This document shows positions 52,247-64,000 of a stretch of 64,000 nucleotides of DNA, in pieces. Source of the DNA: Octopus sinensis (Eukaryota); the NCBI RefSeq assembly GCF_006345805.1, contig NC_043019.1, positions 17,049,360 through 17,113,359 on the forward strand, read 5' to 3'. The notes under the pieces were generated by a model. That model was not told the DNA's origin. It saw nothing but the letters and a program-made list of their open reading frames with translations, and did not search any database. The stretch's first letter is position 1. The number at the start of each line of letters is the position of its first letter. A program made the translations under genes and the position numbers.

Positions 52247-52638
52247 AGGAGTGGCTGTGTGGTAAGTAGGTTGCTAACCAACCACATGGTTCCTGGTTCA
52301 GTCCCACTGCATGGCATCTTGAGCATGTGTCTTCTGCTATATAGCCCCGGGTCGACCAATGCCTTGTGAGTGGATTTGGTAGATGGAAACTGAAAGAAGC
52401 CTGTTGTATATATGTATACATATATAAGTGTGTGTGTGTATGTTTGTCCCCTTAGCATTGCTTGACGACCGATGCTGGCGTGTTTACGTCCCCGTCACTT
52501 AGCGGTTTGGCAAAAGAGACTGATAGAATAAGTACTGGGCTTACAAAGAATAAGTCTCGGGGTCGATTTGCTCGACTAAAGGCGGTGCTCCAGCATGGCC
52601 ACAGTCAAATGACTGAAACAAGTAAAAGAGTAAAGAGT
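52247..52638 (+). mobile_element. SINE family A, full length
   Basis: Same head, body and tail as the 15.3 kb copy. Confidence 0.9.
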
Positions 52639-52859
52639 AACAGGGTCATGTGACCCTGTTAGTAAACTAGTTTCTTGTTTCACAGTAACTGCCAATGATG
52701 TGTGTATGTGTGTGTGTGAGTGTGTGTGTGTCTACATTTGTATAAACTTTAATAACAATCCCTGCAATAAATTTAATGAAATATCAAGTTTGGTTTCCTT
52801 ATTTTATGAAACTTCAGAATTTGCAGTTGATCAAGAAATGCTTTGGCTTTTCATGGAAC

Positions 52860-53060
52860 AGGGAAGTCACTGGGAGTTTCTTAGGACAATATGCCCCCAC
52901 TCCCTGCCACTTATTCCTCCCCACCCCAACAAAGAGGAAACATTGTTGGTATGTTATCCACCTCTACAGGATGGGAAAGAATATAGATGTTGAACAAGAT
53001 GGAATTCAGAAACACCGAACTAGTGTACAGAATCTGTCCATTCTCTCTTCTCTGTCTCAT
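52860..53060 (+). mobile_element. Possible decayed hAT transposase fragment
   Basis: ICPHSLPLI (CxxHxLxL-like) followed ~100 nt later by GATGTTGAACAAGATGGAATTCA, which reads DVE-TRWNS with one missing base. Confidence 0.35.
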
Positions 53061-54850
53061 AAACTGTCAACATTCATTTAGAAGAGAAAGGTCAAAGAAA
53101 TTTATATAATGAAGAGGGAAATGACATCACGACTAATTTCAAGTTTTCTTGAGAACATTTGAGAGACAAGTGGAGAGCAATTAGAGGCCATTCAAAGTGG
53201 TTGGCTTATTTCTCACATTCTCGATGCCAAGAATCACACATATAACAGATGACACCATTATGATTAAATCAGGCTGTCTTTTATTAAACAATGAAGGTTC
53301 ATAAATGGATCTTCATCGGTTTCGATGAGGAATATTAACCAATGTTTGATCAACTAATCTATGGACTCCTTCAATTATAATATTAGTGGCCGAGTATTCC
53401 AATGTATTCTCTTATATACTGTGCTTGTGTGTTTATGTTGTTGTATCTTCTTAATATTGTACTTGGAGACTGGCAATGATTGGCCTACCATCAGCATTAT
53501 CACCATTTTTAATGTCTACTTGTTCATGTTTGCAAGGGTCAGATGGAATTTACTGAGGCAGATGTTTTATGGCTGGGTGCCCTTCCTGTCACCAACCCTC
53601 ACTTGTTTTGAAGTAAAGTAAATACTTCCCATGGTCAGACAATGTTGTCATCAGAAGAATGAAAACCAACAACACTGCTTGTATGACAGTGGTGCTTGTT
53701 TACAACAATTAGATTATGTGATACCAAGGACACACAGACACACACAACAGACCTCTTTCAATTTCCATCTACCTAATCTGCTCACAAGGCTTTGGTTGAG
53801 CCAGGGTCTTTAGTAGAATACATTTGTCCCAGGAGGCACACAGTGGAATTGAAACTGAGACCACATGGTTGATAAGTAAGCTCCTTAATCACGCAGACAT
53901 GTGAATAATTCTTTTACAGCAACTCATTAATGAACGATGGAATAAATAGCAAATTGTTTACTGAAATACGTTTTGGCTGCGAATGAGAAGTGTGGCAATT
54001 TGCACAAACCTTGTTTATCTCAGATGCAGAAAACTGACACAAGTTTAGGTTGAGGCACCACCAGAAACCCTGCATGCACTCTTCCCGTCAGATGCAAAAG
54101 TTTGGGGCAATGACCCTTAATGTCGGCACAATGTACACACGCACACACACACACGTATATTCAACAGGTTTCTTTTCAGTTTCTAGCAACCAAATCAACC
54201 AAATGTTTTGGTCGACCAGGAGCTATTGTAGTAAACACTTGTCCAAATTGTCACTCAGTCAGATTAAACAAAAGAACAAAAAATACATATAAAAAGTCTA
54301 GCAGTATATTTTATTTTCTGAAATTATTTACACCATTTAGCTTTAATTCCAGCCCATCTACCCTACACCCTGCCTTATCTAAGCCTTATCTATTTTTATA
54401 CAGACTTTTAGGAGACAGACAGTATTGTTCTATTTTGAATTCCATGTCTAGTGGAAAAGAAAAGACTGTTAATTTAACTCCATTAAAGTTCTGGTTATAT
54501 TTACTGAAGTAAAGCATCAAATTAGGAAAATAACGATTTAATGTAATCAGGCTAAATATCTGATGGCATGATACTAACTAATTAGAAATGGCTAATTACT
54601 CCCCGATACTAGCATAATCACTGTTTACAAAATGATTCTTTGCTATATACATCTATCGAAGAGTTCATTTGAATAGATTCCAGGGTCACTGAGTAGGGAC
54701 GAATCTCTTTCGATGTAAACTTGAGACAATGAGTGGAACATCTATAAACAAGTTAGTGCTCCAGCATGGCCATGGTAAAAGATAAAAGAAGCCATAAAGA
54801 CTGGGTATACATTTTTACCTCATCCCTCTCTTACTCGTTATCATCACCAT

Positions 54851-55258
54851 ACTCTTTTACTCTTTTACTTGTTTCAGTCATTTGACTGGGCCATGCTGGA
54901 GCACTGCCTTTAATCGAGCAACTCAACCCCGGGACTTATTCTTTTGTAAGCCCAGTACTTATTCTATCGGTCTCTTTTGCCGAACCGCTAAGTAACGGGG
55001 AAGTAAACACACCAGTATCGGTTGTGAAGCAATGCTAGAGGGACAAACACAGACACACAAACATACACGCACACACATATATATATACATATATACGACA
55101 GGCTTCTTTCAGTTTCCGTCTACCAAATCCACTCACAAGGCATTGGTCGGCCTGGGGCTATAGCAGAAGACACTTGCCCAAGGTGCCACGCAGTGGGACT
55201 GAACCCGGAACCATGTGGTTGGTTAGCAAGCTACTTACCACACAGCCACTCCTGCGCC
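54851..55258 (-). mobile_element. SINE family A, full length, young
   Basis: CpGs largely intact; reverse complement is highly similar to 58225-58627. Confidence 0.9.
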
Positions 55259-56106
55259 ATACTTTATAATTTCTTTTTTTTTTTTTTTCAGGTTTAGAAA
55301 TACATTACAGAGTGTTCATTAACCCGAATCCCACCTGAAAAAACTCTGGTTCCAGGATATTAAAGTTCCTGAGTGAAAGAGATTTAAATAACTTGTTATT
55401 CTATGTTTCAAACTGCAGCTTCATGAAGACAGATTTAGTTTATTAAACTCTGCATATTTTTCAAAATTAATTGCAACAAAAGAAGTGAATTTGAACAGGA
55501 ATGTTGTAATAAAAGGGTTCAATTATTTATAAGGATTCTATTTCTCTCAGAGACTTCGTAACCTGCCAAAATTTACTGTTGTCATTGTTAAATGTAAATA
55601 GTAATATTCATTTGCACATTTTCAGTCTGATTTTCCTTGTGAGCATGAGTTAGATGAGTACATAAGAGATAACAGTTAGTGACAAGTAAGGCACCCAGCT
55701 GTTTTACAACTGGATGCCCTTATTGTCATTACCTGTTACTTATGTCCCAAATGTATTCCACATATCTTTGAAGGAAACAAAGCCAGGAGACAACCTATTG
55801 ACTAGAGAAGTGATAAGAATGTCACCATGAGTGGCTGAGTGATTTCTGGATGAAGTGCAAATGTCAAAAAAGACAGAGACACACACATACGGAAAAAAGA
55901 CACATAAATACATACATATGTGTGTGTGTGTGTGTGTGCATGTATGTACACAAAAAGGCTTCTTTTTGTGTCTGTCCACCAAATCCACCCACAAGAGTTT
56001 GGTCAGACTATAATAGAAGATATTTGCCCTCAAGAGCACATTGTTGGGAAACAAACTTCTTATCCACACAGCTATGCGAGTACTTAGCCATGTCTGTACC
56101 AAATTA

Positions 56107-56318
56107 TGAGGGGGTGGGGCTGAAAAGTTCCTGGCTTTAAGGGTGTCGTGAAAGGCTTGGTTGGAGGCCCAAACTTCCGAGTTCTTTTACAGGGCTTAGA
56201 AAAACTGAAGGACAACTGCAACAAGTGTGTGAATCTGAGAGGGGAATATGTTGGATAAAATCATAATTGACCGATCCTCCTCTATTTTCTTTTAGCCAAA
56301 CTTTTCAGCACCCTCTTG
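56107..56318 (+). mobile_element. Mariner-derived MITE / internally deleted mariner
   Basis: TA-flanked ends TGAGGGGGTGGGGCTGAAAAGTT ... AACTTTTCAGCACCCTCTTG. Interior encodes QGLEKLKDNCNKCVNLRGEYVG*, typical of a mariner transposase C-terminus. Confidence 0.8.
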
Positions 56319-56432
56319 TATCATTATTATCTAAAAATAGATAATAATGCATTGGACGGTAAAAGCTGACATTACACTGTGATGATGTTGAGAGAGAATT
56401 ACAGAATAAAAGTTATCAAGAGAAACACTCAC

Positions 56433-56637
56433 CTTGTCTATTTATCATTTCACCATCAGTTGCAATCACTGTACAACGGCCTTCATGGCAAGTTTTCCAA
56501 GGAATTTTGAAAAGTCCACAATAATAATGTCGATCGTAAATATCATAGGTCCACCACATGGGAATACACATTCCAGCCACTTGGAAACCAGTGGCCACAA
56601 CCGTCGTTATGGCACACATAACAACGGACAGGATCAT
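56433..56637 (-). CDS. Coding exon 1 of a PMP22/EMP/claudin-superfamily tetraspan membrane protein (TM1 + extracellular loop 1)
   Basis: ATG at 56637 with an in-frame TAG upstream. Reads MILSVVMCAITTVVATGFQVAGMCIPMWWTYDIYDRHYYCGLFKIPWKTCHEGRCTVIATDGEMINRQ: N-terminal hydrophobic helix, then W...GL(F)..PW..C....C, resembling the claudin W-GLW-C-C ECL1 signature. Ends at a consensus donor CAAG|GTGAGT (phase 1); 205 nt. Confidence 0.85.
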
Positions 56638-56854
56638 TGTGAATGTTTCATACAAAAACAACTTGAGAAGAACAAACTGGAATGTTGTTGTCTACTGATT
56701 TCGTTTTGAATAATGTAGATAATCCTCGTGATTGTTCAGGGTTAAGATAATATTGTTTTAAACAATGTTTGCATTGGTGATTAGGGATTTCGTGTCAATT
56801 AGTAAATAAATATGTAATTGAGTGGTTATCTCAATTTAGCATTCAGAAGTATAA

Positions 56855-56870
56855 ACTTCCTGTGACATCA
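56855..56870. promoter_or_regulatory. Adjacent ETS-like (ACTTCCTG) and CRE-like (TGACATCA) motifs ~220 bp upstream of the claudin-like ATG
   Basis: ACTTCCTGTGACATCA in unique sequence; motif match only. Confidence 0.2.
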
Positions 56871-56974
56871 GTCGTTAGTGCTGGACTTAATTTATTGGTT
56901 AAAAAAAAAAAGAAACTTGAAATTAACCCAGTTAAGGAAATGACATTGTTGCACGTGATATAAAATTTTGTTTG

Positions 56975-57084
56975 TTAAAATATAATTCCCATGATATAAG
57001 TGTTCAGCGCCAAAGAGAAATGGGTTAAGGGAACTGTCCTTCGGAATAAGGACAATCCTTCAGGCTGTGGATCACCAGGAACAT
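56975..57084 (-). other. Possible exon upstream of the claudin-like ATG (5' UTR part, or last exon of an upstream gene)
   Basis: Strong acceptor TTTGGTTCTTTGTCTTTTACAG| followed by GC-richer unique sequence (phase 1: DVPGDPQPEGLSLFRRTVPLTHFSLALNTYIMGIIF*). No clear donor. Confidence 0.25.
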
Positions 57085-57349
57085 CTGTAAAAGACAAAGA
57101 ACCAAAAATTAAATAAATCAGTTTTATAGAGAACAACTGAATGCATTTAATATTGAGGACAGCAAAGTAATTCAACTGTTATTTAAAAGAATGAAAGACT
57201 GTTTCTCTTAGAAACAATATCTAATGGTTATTACCACCTTAATTAGCTCTTATTCAAGTTCGTTCTCACAGACTTAACACATTCAACATATCAGACACTT
57301 TTGCTTCAATCATTACAGCTTTTTCCATTTTCCAACAATGCATGAAGGT

Positions 57350-58150
57350 ACTACAAAGTCACAAAGAATTCACACCACAAAAAACGATTTATCTTAAAAC
57401 AGGAAACATGATAAATGGATGCTTTGTAAGGTGGAAGCTATTCTTGGCAGATGATGCGCTTCACTATCAGTTTGTAAGACGGTGGGCTATGGACAGTAAA
57501 CATTGTATAGGAAGGAAGTTGGATGATTTACAAGTGAATGCTTTATCCAATCGACATGGTCAGAATTATTAGGATTACAGACAATAATAAAAGACAGCTA
57601 CATTAGAATGACAATCTAGTGTAATATTCAGACTGGGGCTGTGTAAAAAGCAAAGCTGGAGTTGGATAGACACCAATGTGACGATAAAAGTGTTGAGAGA
57701 GTAGCAAGATGCAAGGTTGAGAAATAAAAGAAGCAACAGAAAAGAAAAAAGAAGAAAAAAGACCTAATTAGAATTGCTACAACTTCTTCAGCTGAGGTAT
57801 TTAGAAACGGTGGTAGAGTAAACAGGATTTGTAAATGTATTCATTTCACAGAAAACAAGACAATGAAGAGTTTAAGAGAAGAGGAGGTCTACATAAAATG
57901 ACAAGAGTATAGAGTTACGAGGATGAGTATTAATACAGAGTCTGGACAGAATACAAGTCTCTCTAAAGTACATGTGGCATTACGAAACAGACTCAGTGCA
58001 ACTCTGCAAAGTGATTAATGATAGAAAGAATATCCAACCAGAGGAAATACGCCATATTGGAAGACAGAAAACCCATTCTGGAGGACTCTCCAAGCTGCAT
58101 CACACGGTGAGCTGTTGAAGAGAGCCATTGAGGGTAGAAAGGACTCTTTA
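57350..58150 (+). mobile_element. Highly decayed non-LTR retrotransposon RT fragment (RTE-like)
   Basis: LFLADDAL (YADD-like), LRYLETVV (FxYLG-like) and LLKRAIEGRK motifs in the expected order across broken frames. Confidence 0.4.
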
Positions 58151-58224
58151 GTCTTACTCATGGAAGAACCTCACTAGTGGTGGCCACATGATAAAAAAAA
58201 CACACAATCTACATCATAAGACAT

Positions 58225-58627
58225 AGGAGTGGCTGTGTGGTAAGTAGCTTGCCTACCAACCACATGATTCTGGGTTCAGTCCCACTGCGTGGCATCTTGG
58301 GCAAGTGTCTTCTGCTATAGCCTCAGGCCGACCAATGCCTTGTGAGTGGATTTGGTAGACGGAAACTGAAAGAAGCCTGTCGTATATATGTATATATATG
58401 TATGTATGTGTATGTATATGTTTGTGTGTCTGTGTTTGTCCCCCTAGCATTGCTTGACAACCAATGCTGGTGTGTTTACGTCCCTGTCACTTAGCGGTTC
58501 AGCAAAAGAGACCAATAGAATAAGTACTGGGCTTACAAAGAATAAGTCCCGGGGTCGATTTGCTCGACTAAAGGTGGTGCTCCAGCATGGCCGCAGTAAA
58601 ATGACTGAAACAAGTAAAAGAGTAAAA
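58225..58627 (+). mobile_element. SINE family A, full length
   Basis: Same head, body and tail. Confidence 0.9.
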
Positions 58628-58972
58628 AAGTATAACACAAAAGATGGCCAGTTTTCTCTGCCAGTGCATCTGTGTACAAGATGGTACAGGCTGTGATGGC
58701 ACATCCACTCCATGTCAGTTTGGAAAACAAGCGTAAAATGATAACAAAAATGATAACAAATTATGAAATTTCTCAACAATTATGGTTTGTTTGTTTTACA
58801 TTATTTGGGTTAATCCATTTTCCAGTTGTTTTTAGATAACAAAACCACACAAATACACACACACAAATGTAAGTAACAAAATGAAAATAACAACAAAAAA
58901 TGACAAGATAAAAGTTGTAAGTATATGAGAGAGAATATATATATGCAGTCACCCCAATACATATATATATAT

Positions 58973-60403
58973 CATCATCATCGTTTAACGTCCGTTCTCC
59001 ATGCTAGCATGGGTTGGACGGTTCGACCAGGGTTCTGGGAAGCCAGAAGGCTGCACCAGGCTCCAGTCTAATCTGGCAATGTTTCTACAGCTGGATGCCC
59101 TTCCTAACGCCAACCACTCCGTGAGTGTAGTGGGTGCTTTTTACGTGCCACCTGCACAGGTGCCAGGCGGGGCTGGCAACGGCCACGGTCAGATTGGTGT
59201 ATTTTATGTGCCACCGGCACGGAAGCCAGTCGAGGCGGTGCTGGCATCGGCCACGAGTCGGATAGTGCTTTTTACGTACCACCAGACCAGGGATCCTGGC
59301 TGGTTCAATTCGATTTCGATTTCGCTTGCCCCAACATGTCTTCACAAGCAAGGGGGTTGGCATGGGTGCCTGTCGTACGGTCGCATTGGAGTATTTTACG
59401 TGCCACGGCCACGAGTCGGATAGTGCTTTTTACGTACCACCAGACCAGGGATCCTGGCTGGTTCAATTCGATTTCGATTTCGCTTGCCCCAACATGTCTT
59501 CACAAGCAAAGGGGGGTTGGCATGGGTGCCTGTCGTACGGTCACATTGGAGTATTTTACGTGCCACGGCCACGAGTCGGATAGTGCTTTTTACATACTAC
59601 CAGGCCAGGGATCCTGGCTGGTTCAATTCGGTTTCGATTTCGATTGCCCCAACATGTCTTCGCAAGCATGGGGGGTTGGCATGGGTGTCTGTCGTCGGAT
59701 GAGGTTCTATATCGACTTCACTTGCCTCAACCGGTCTTTGTGTCCAAGGGAGGAAAGGCATTCATAAGTGGGCTGGGCTCACTTGTCCTGCCTGGTCTTC
59801 TCACGTACAGAATATTTCCAAAGGTCTCGGTCGCTGGTCATTTCCTCAGTGAGGCCTAAAGTTTGAAGGTCGTGCTTCACCACCTCGTCCCAGGTTTTCC
59901 TGGGTCTACCTCTTCCACGGGTTCCCTCAACTGCTAGGGATTGGCACTTTCTCACACACCCATCTTCATCCATTCTCGCCACATGACCATACCAGCGCAA
60001 TCGTCTCTCTTGCACACCGCAACTGATGCTTCTTAGGTACAACATTTCTCTCAAGGTGCTAACGCTCTGTCGAGTATGTACACTGACATTACACATCCAT
60101 CGGAGCATACTGGCTTCATTCCTCACGAGCTTACGCATGTCCTCAGCAGTCACGGCCCATGTTTCGCTGCCATGTAGCATGGCTGTTCGTACACACGCAT
60201 CATACAGTCTGCCTTTTACTCTGAGCGAGAGGCCTTTAGTCACCAGCAGAGGTAAGAGCTCCCTAAACTTTGCCCAGGCTATTCTTATTCTAGCAGTTAC
60301 ACTTTCAGCGCACCCACCCCCACTACTGACTTGGTCACCTAGATAACGGAAGCTATCAACTACTTCTAGTTTTTCCCCCTGGAAAGTGACGGAAGTTGTT
60401 TTC

Positions 60404-60406
<3 letters not shown>
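58973..60406 (-). mobile_element. Young 5'-truncated RTE-clade LINE (RT C-terminus + 3' UTR + (GAT)n tail)
   Basis: Uninterrupted frame from ~60406 to 59779: SFRYLG...LSLRVKGRLYDACVRTAMLHGSETW...RRLRWYGHVARM...RGRGRPRKTW...DRDLW, canonical RTE post-RT motifs. 3' UTR ends ...GGACGTTAAACGATGATGAT at 58973; 5' end abuts (TA)n. Confidence 0.95.
59249..59696. repeat. ~158-160 bp tandem repeat (~2.8 copies) in the RTE 3' UTR
   Basis: CCACGAGTCGGATAGTGCTTTTTAC recurs at 59251, 59409 and 59569 with near-identical intervening sequence. Confidence 0.95.
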
Positions 60407-60459
<53 letters not shown>

Positions 60460-61085
60460 TGCAGGAGTGGCTGTGTGGTAAGTAGCTTGCTTACCAAGCA
60501 CATGGTTCCAGGTTCAGTCACACAGAGTGGCACCTTGGGCAAGTGTCTTCTACTATAGCCTCAGGCGAACCAAAGATATGTGAGTGGATTTGGGAGATGA
60601 AAACTGAAAGAAGCCCATTGTGTGTGAGTGTGTGTGTGTGTGTATGTATGTGTGTGTGTATGTATGTATGTATATGTGTGGGTGTGTATATGTTTGTGTG
60701 TCTGTGCTTGTTCCTCCACCATCGCCTAACAACTGATGGTGGTGTGTTTACATCCCCGTAACTCAGGAGTTCGGCAAAAGAGACCGATAAAATAAGTACT
60801 GGACTTACAAAGAATAAGTCCTGGGGTCGATTTGTTAGACTAAAGGTGGTGCTCCAGTATTGCCACAGTCAAATGACTGAAACAAATAAAAGAATAAAAA
60901 AGAATATATTTATAAGCACCGAAATGTGTACATGTTCTACATGTACAAGCGTTAAGCCCACTTCTACATGTAAAATACACCCACCCACCATGATCATCAT
61001 CATTGTAAATAGATGCCTGTTTTCCATGCTGGCATGGGTTGGATGGTTTTTAGTATCTCTGTCTCTCTCTCTCTCTCTATACATA

Positions 61086-61139
<54 letters not shown>

Positions 61140-61157
61140 TATACATATATGTGTATG

Positions 61158-61520
61158 TATGTATATATATATATATGTCTTATTATTCTCCTTGTCCTGT
61201 CTTTTACTGCTTATATTTTGTACTGTCGTTACTGTCCTGTTTTTGTTACCATTTTTACCCCTCTGTAAAAAGATCTCAAATTTTATTTAATTTGCTTTTC
61301 GCGGGAAGGAAAGTTTCTATCGAAGATGCGTATCGCCTTCACTTTCGAAACGCAGAGTAGATGAAACCATGGCGACTGAAGAAGGGGAATTTTCCTTGTG
61401 TTATTTGTCCTGTACTCTATTTTTTTGTTGTTTAAGAAAAATGTCCAGTTCCTTGGTTTTGTGTTTATGTTTTCGTTTCTCACTGTGTTCGACGTTTTTT
61501 TTTTGATGTCCTGTACCCAT
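61158..61520 (+). mobile_element. (TA)n-flanked element resembling a Penelope terminal repeat
   Basis: CpG-rich core ...CGAAGATGCG...CGAAACGC...GACTGAAGAAGG then a pyrimidine-rich tail, inserted between TA microsatellites. Organisation parallels the elements at 27480-27620 and 48840-49000 (minus). Confidence 0.45.
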
Positions 61521-61604
61521 ATATGAATGTATATATACATATATATGTAGGTACGTACATATATGTATATATATATATGCATATGTTTTATTTATTAATA
61601 TATG

Positions 61605-61636
<32 letters not shown>

Positions 61637-61639
61637 CAA

Positions 61640-61962
61640 TGTACTGGCACTCCATTGGTTAAGATGACAAGGATCCCAGTTGATCCGATTAACAGAACAG
61701 CCTGCTCTTGTGAAATTAACGTGCAAGTGGCTGAGTACTCCACAGACACATGTACCCTTAACACATGTGCCCAGGGAGATTCAGTGTGACACAGAATGTG
61801 GCAAGGCTGGCCCCATTTGTATTACAGGTACAACACATTTTTGTCAGCTGAGTGGACTGGAGCAACGTGAAATAAAGCGTCTTGCTCAAGGACACAATGC
61901 GTCGCCGGGAATCGAACTCATGACCTTACGATCATGAGCCGAACACCCTAACCACTAAGCCT
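61640..61962 (-). mobile_element. tRNA-derived SINE
   Basis: GGCTTAGTGGTTAGGGTG...GAGTTCGATTCCCGG head plus a body shared with 25195-25561. Confidence 0.85.
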
Positions 61963-61964
61963 TC

Positions 61965-62735
61965 TAAAAACCTTACTCTTGTATCAGGGTACATTTTGTC
62001 TTCTTGGGTCCAGTACAGTCCTTTGTCATCTCCTCCCTGAGATGCAGCCCCTTCAGATCAGTCTCCCAAGTTTTCCTTGGTCCCACTCTTCCAATAACTT
62101 GAAGAGACCAGCCTTTCCTTTTGTAACTGTCAGCCTCCATATGCATTATATACCCCCTTACTAGTTCCACCTTCCCCCCTTGTACACTACATTTGAATTC
62201 CTTTTATACCCAGTTTCTCTCTCATCTCATCTCTACTCTGTACTTCATGCCCACCACTGACATCAAATGGTCTCATTGCTTTGTGGTCTTCACAAGTCTT
62301 CGCCATTCAAGGTCCACATCTCACAGCCATGCAGCAGCAGCAGCACGGTCCTAAAACAAACATCGTACAATCTGTCCTTCACTCTGAAGGAGGAGAGACC
62401 CTTGTTGCCAGCAGTGGTAATACCTCCCCCAACTATTACCAACCCATTCTTACTCTGGATGCCATACTCTCTGAATAACCACCTCCCCTCCTAATTATGT
62501 CTCCTAGGTAACAGAAGGCATTGACTGGCCTTTAAAGCGAATCTATTTCTAGACATGGCATAGCATGTATTGCCCTGGTGCATATGTTGCATACAAAGCT
62601 GACTCCCTTCACTGTTAGTCTGAGATGCCATGTTCACAGATGGGCACAGTACTTGCAGTTTATACCTATTCCTTTTCTACACACTGAGCAAAGCCATTTT
62701 CCCTAATGAGACAGTTGTGGTCCTGTCTGTTTCAC
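61965..62735 (-). mobile_element. Old degenerate RTE LINE fragment
   Basis: Broken frames CSVCRKGIG..., RVKDRLYDVCFRTVLLLLHGCEMW and GPRKTWETDLKGLHLREEMTKD align by eye with the young RTE at 59.8-60.4 kb. Confidence 0.8.
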
Positions 62736-62870
62736 CCACTAATTAATATGTTTAAATATAAACATCTAACCATCTATCTATCTCTCTAACCATCCATCCA
62801 TCTATCTATTTACTTACCTATCTATCTAACCATCCATCTATCCCTCTAACCATCTATCTATATATATATA

Positions 62871-62920
<50 letters not shown>

Positions 62921-62986
62921 TATATATACATACATATATACATACATATATATATAATATATATATATATATACATACATATATAT

Positions 62987-63017
<31 letters not shown>

Positions 63018-63104
63018 GATAGATAGATAGATATATAGATAGATAGATTTAAAGGTGTAACGTTTATACTAGTCTTGATAGAATTGTCATATCGGTCCAA
63101 TTTT

Positions 63105-63157
63105 AACAAAACTGTTCGACGAACGGGAATGTGAAACTCCGAGTAACAGGTTTTGTT
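63105..63157 (+). ncRNA. Second copy of the hammerhead-like motif (core TCGACGA, probably impaired)
   Basis: AACAAAACTGT-TCGACGA-ACG GGAA TGT-GAAA-CTCCGAG-TA-ACAGGTTTTGTT; same architecture as the 49.7 kb copy. Confidence 0.6.
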
Positions 63158-64000
63158 GAATTTCTGCTGCTTTTAAATAAAGTATATATATAAAATCACC
63201 ATTTTAACATCCACATTTCCCTGCTTGCATGGGATGGCCAGAGTTTATTGAGACACATTTTCTATGGCCAGACACCCTTCCTCTTGCTAACTCTCACCTA
63301 TTTTGAAGCAAAATAATGATTCTCTGTTTTATAAACAACAAACAACTGAAGGCATAATTAATACAGAAAAGGGGGGATCAAAGAATCGAGCCATTTCCTT
63401 ACAAACATCATGCAATATACATCAACACATCAAAGAGCCCAGACATACATTTGTGACAGACTGCAAGTAAAGGACAGTCTGTGTTGGCAACAAGGCTGTT
63501 GTTTATGTACATTCTAACCATTACAGCCGTTGTGTGAGACAGGTGTAATAGTAAACGTTTACTGTTGTTTACAGCCAACAAAAACGTGTGAAGATGAGGG
63601 AAAAAACCTCGGATCTTTTCCATAATGGCACATGGTACGGTTAAGATGTTTGCTTCCCAACCACAAGGTTTTTAGTTCAATTCCACTGCATGGCATCTTG
63701 GCTTGGCGTATTCTACTATAGCACTGAGCCAACCAAAACCTTGTGAGTAGATTTGGCAGCTAGAAACTGAAAGAAGCCTTTGTTTGTGTGTGCACGCGCG
63801 TACACACACACACACATATACATATTCATACATAAACGCCATGCACAAAAGTCCCGGCCCTGGAGTCAATTTGTAACTATTGTCGAAGAAAAATAAAAAC
63901 TCGATTTGAGTTCTGTCCATCCTGTTTGTAATAACTAATTTACAAATACTATCATAACCCTAGTTGTGTGTCTGTGTGTGTGTGTGTGTGTGCGTATTTT

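Noticed and set aside
59249-59696. Regular repeats considered as a CRISPR-like array (also 3904-3991 and 45906-46004)
   Set aside because: Units are contiguous with no unique spacers, in a eukaryotic context with no cas genes.
61305-61370. Hammerhead-like TCGAAGA...CGAAACGC motif
   Set aside because: Stem II does not pair and the UH/stem I register is off by one; kept only as a pLTR-like repeat.

Overview
AT-rich eukaryotic genomic DNA dominated by microsatellites, tRNA-derived SINEs, RTE LINE pieces, MITEs and DNA-transposon fossils. The repeat make-up looks like an octopus/coleoid cephalopod genome (inference, not confirmed by search). One protein-coding gene is well supported. It is a minus-strand PMP22/claudin-superfamily tetraspan gene with coding exon 1 at 56637-56433 and exon 2 at 28070-27894, joined in phase 1 across a 28.4 kb intron. 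Its remaining exon(s), the end of TM3 and TM4, could not be fixed; candidates are listed. Mobile elements include a defective mariner with TIRs and TA TSD (4672-5862), a young 5'-truncated RTE LINE (58973-60406), older RTE copies, Penelope GIY-YIG remnants and several foldback MITEs. The most notable unannotated signal is a family of (TA)n-embedded ~120 bp elements (29.1, 49.7, 63.1 kb). They fold into minimal type-I hammerhead ribozymes with a palindromic stem III, as described for Penelope-like elements, and three of four copies carry C instead of U at core position 4. Several long inverted repeats inside the gene's introns are candidate dsRNA/ADAR substrates. Almost all ORFs in the supplied track are microsatellite or SINE artefacts. 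No CRISPR array, rRNA or intact tRNA gene was seen.
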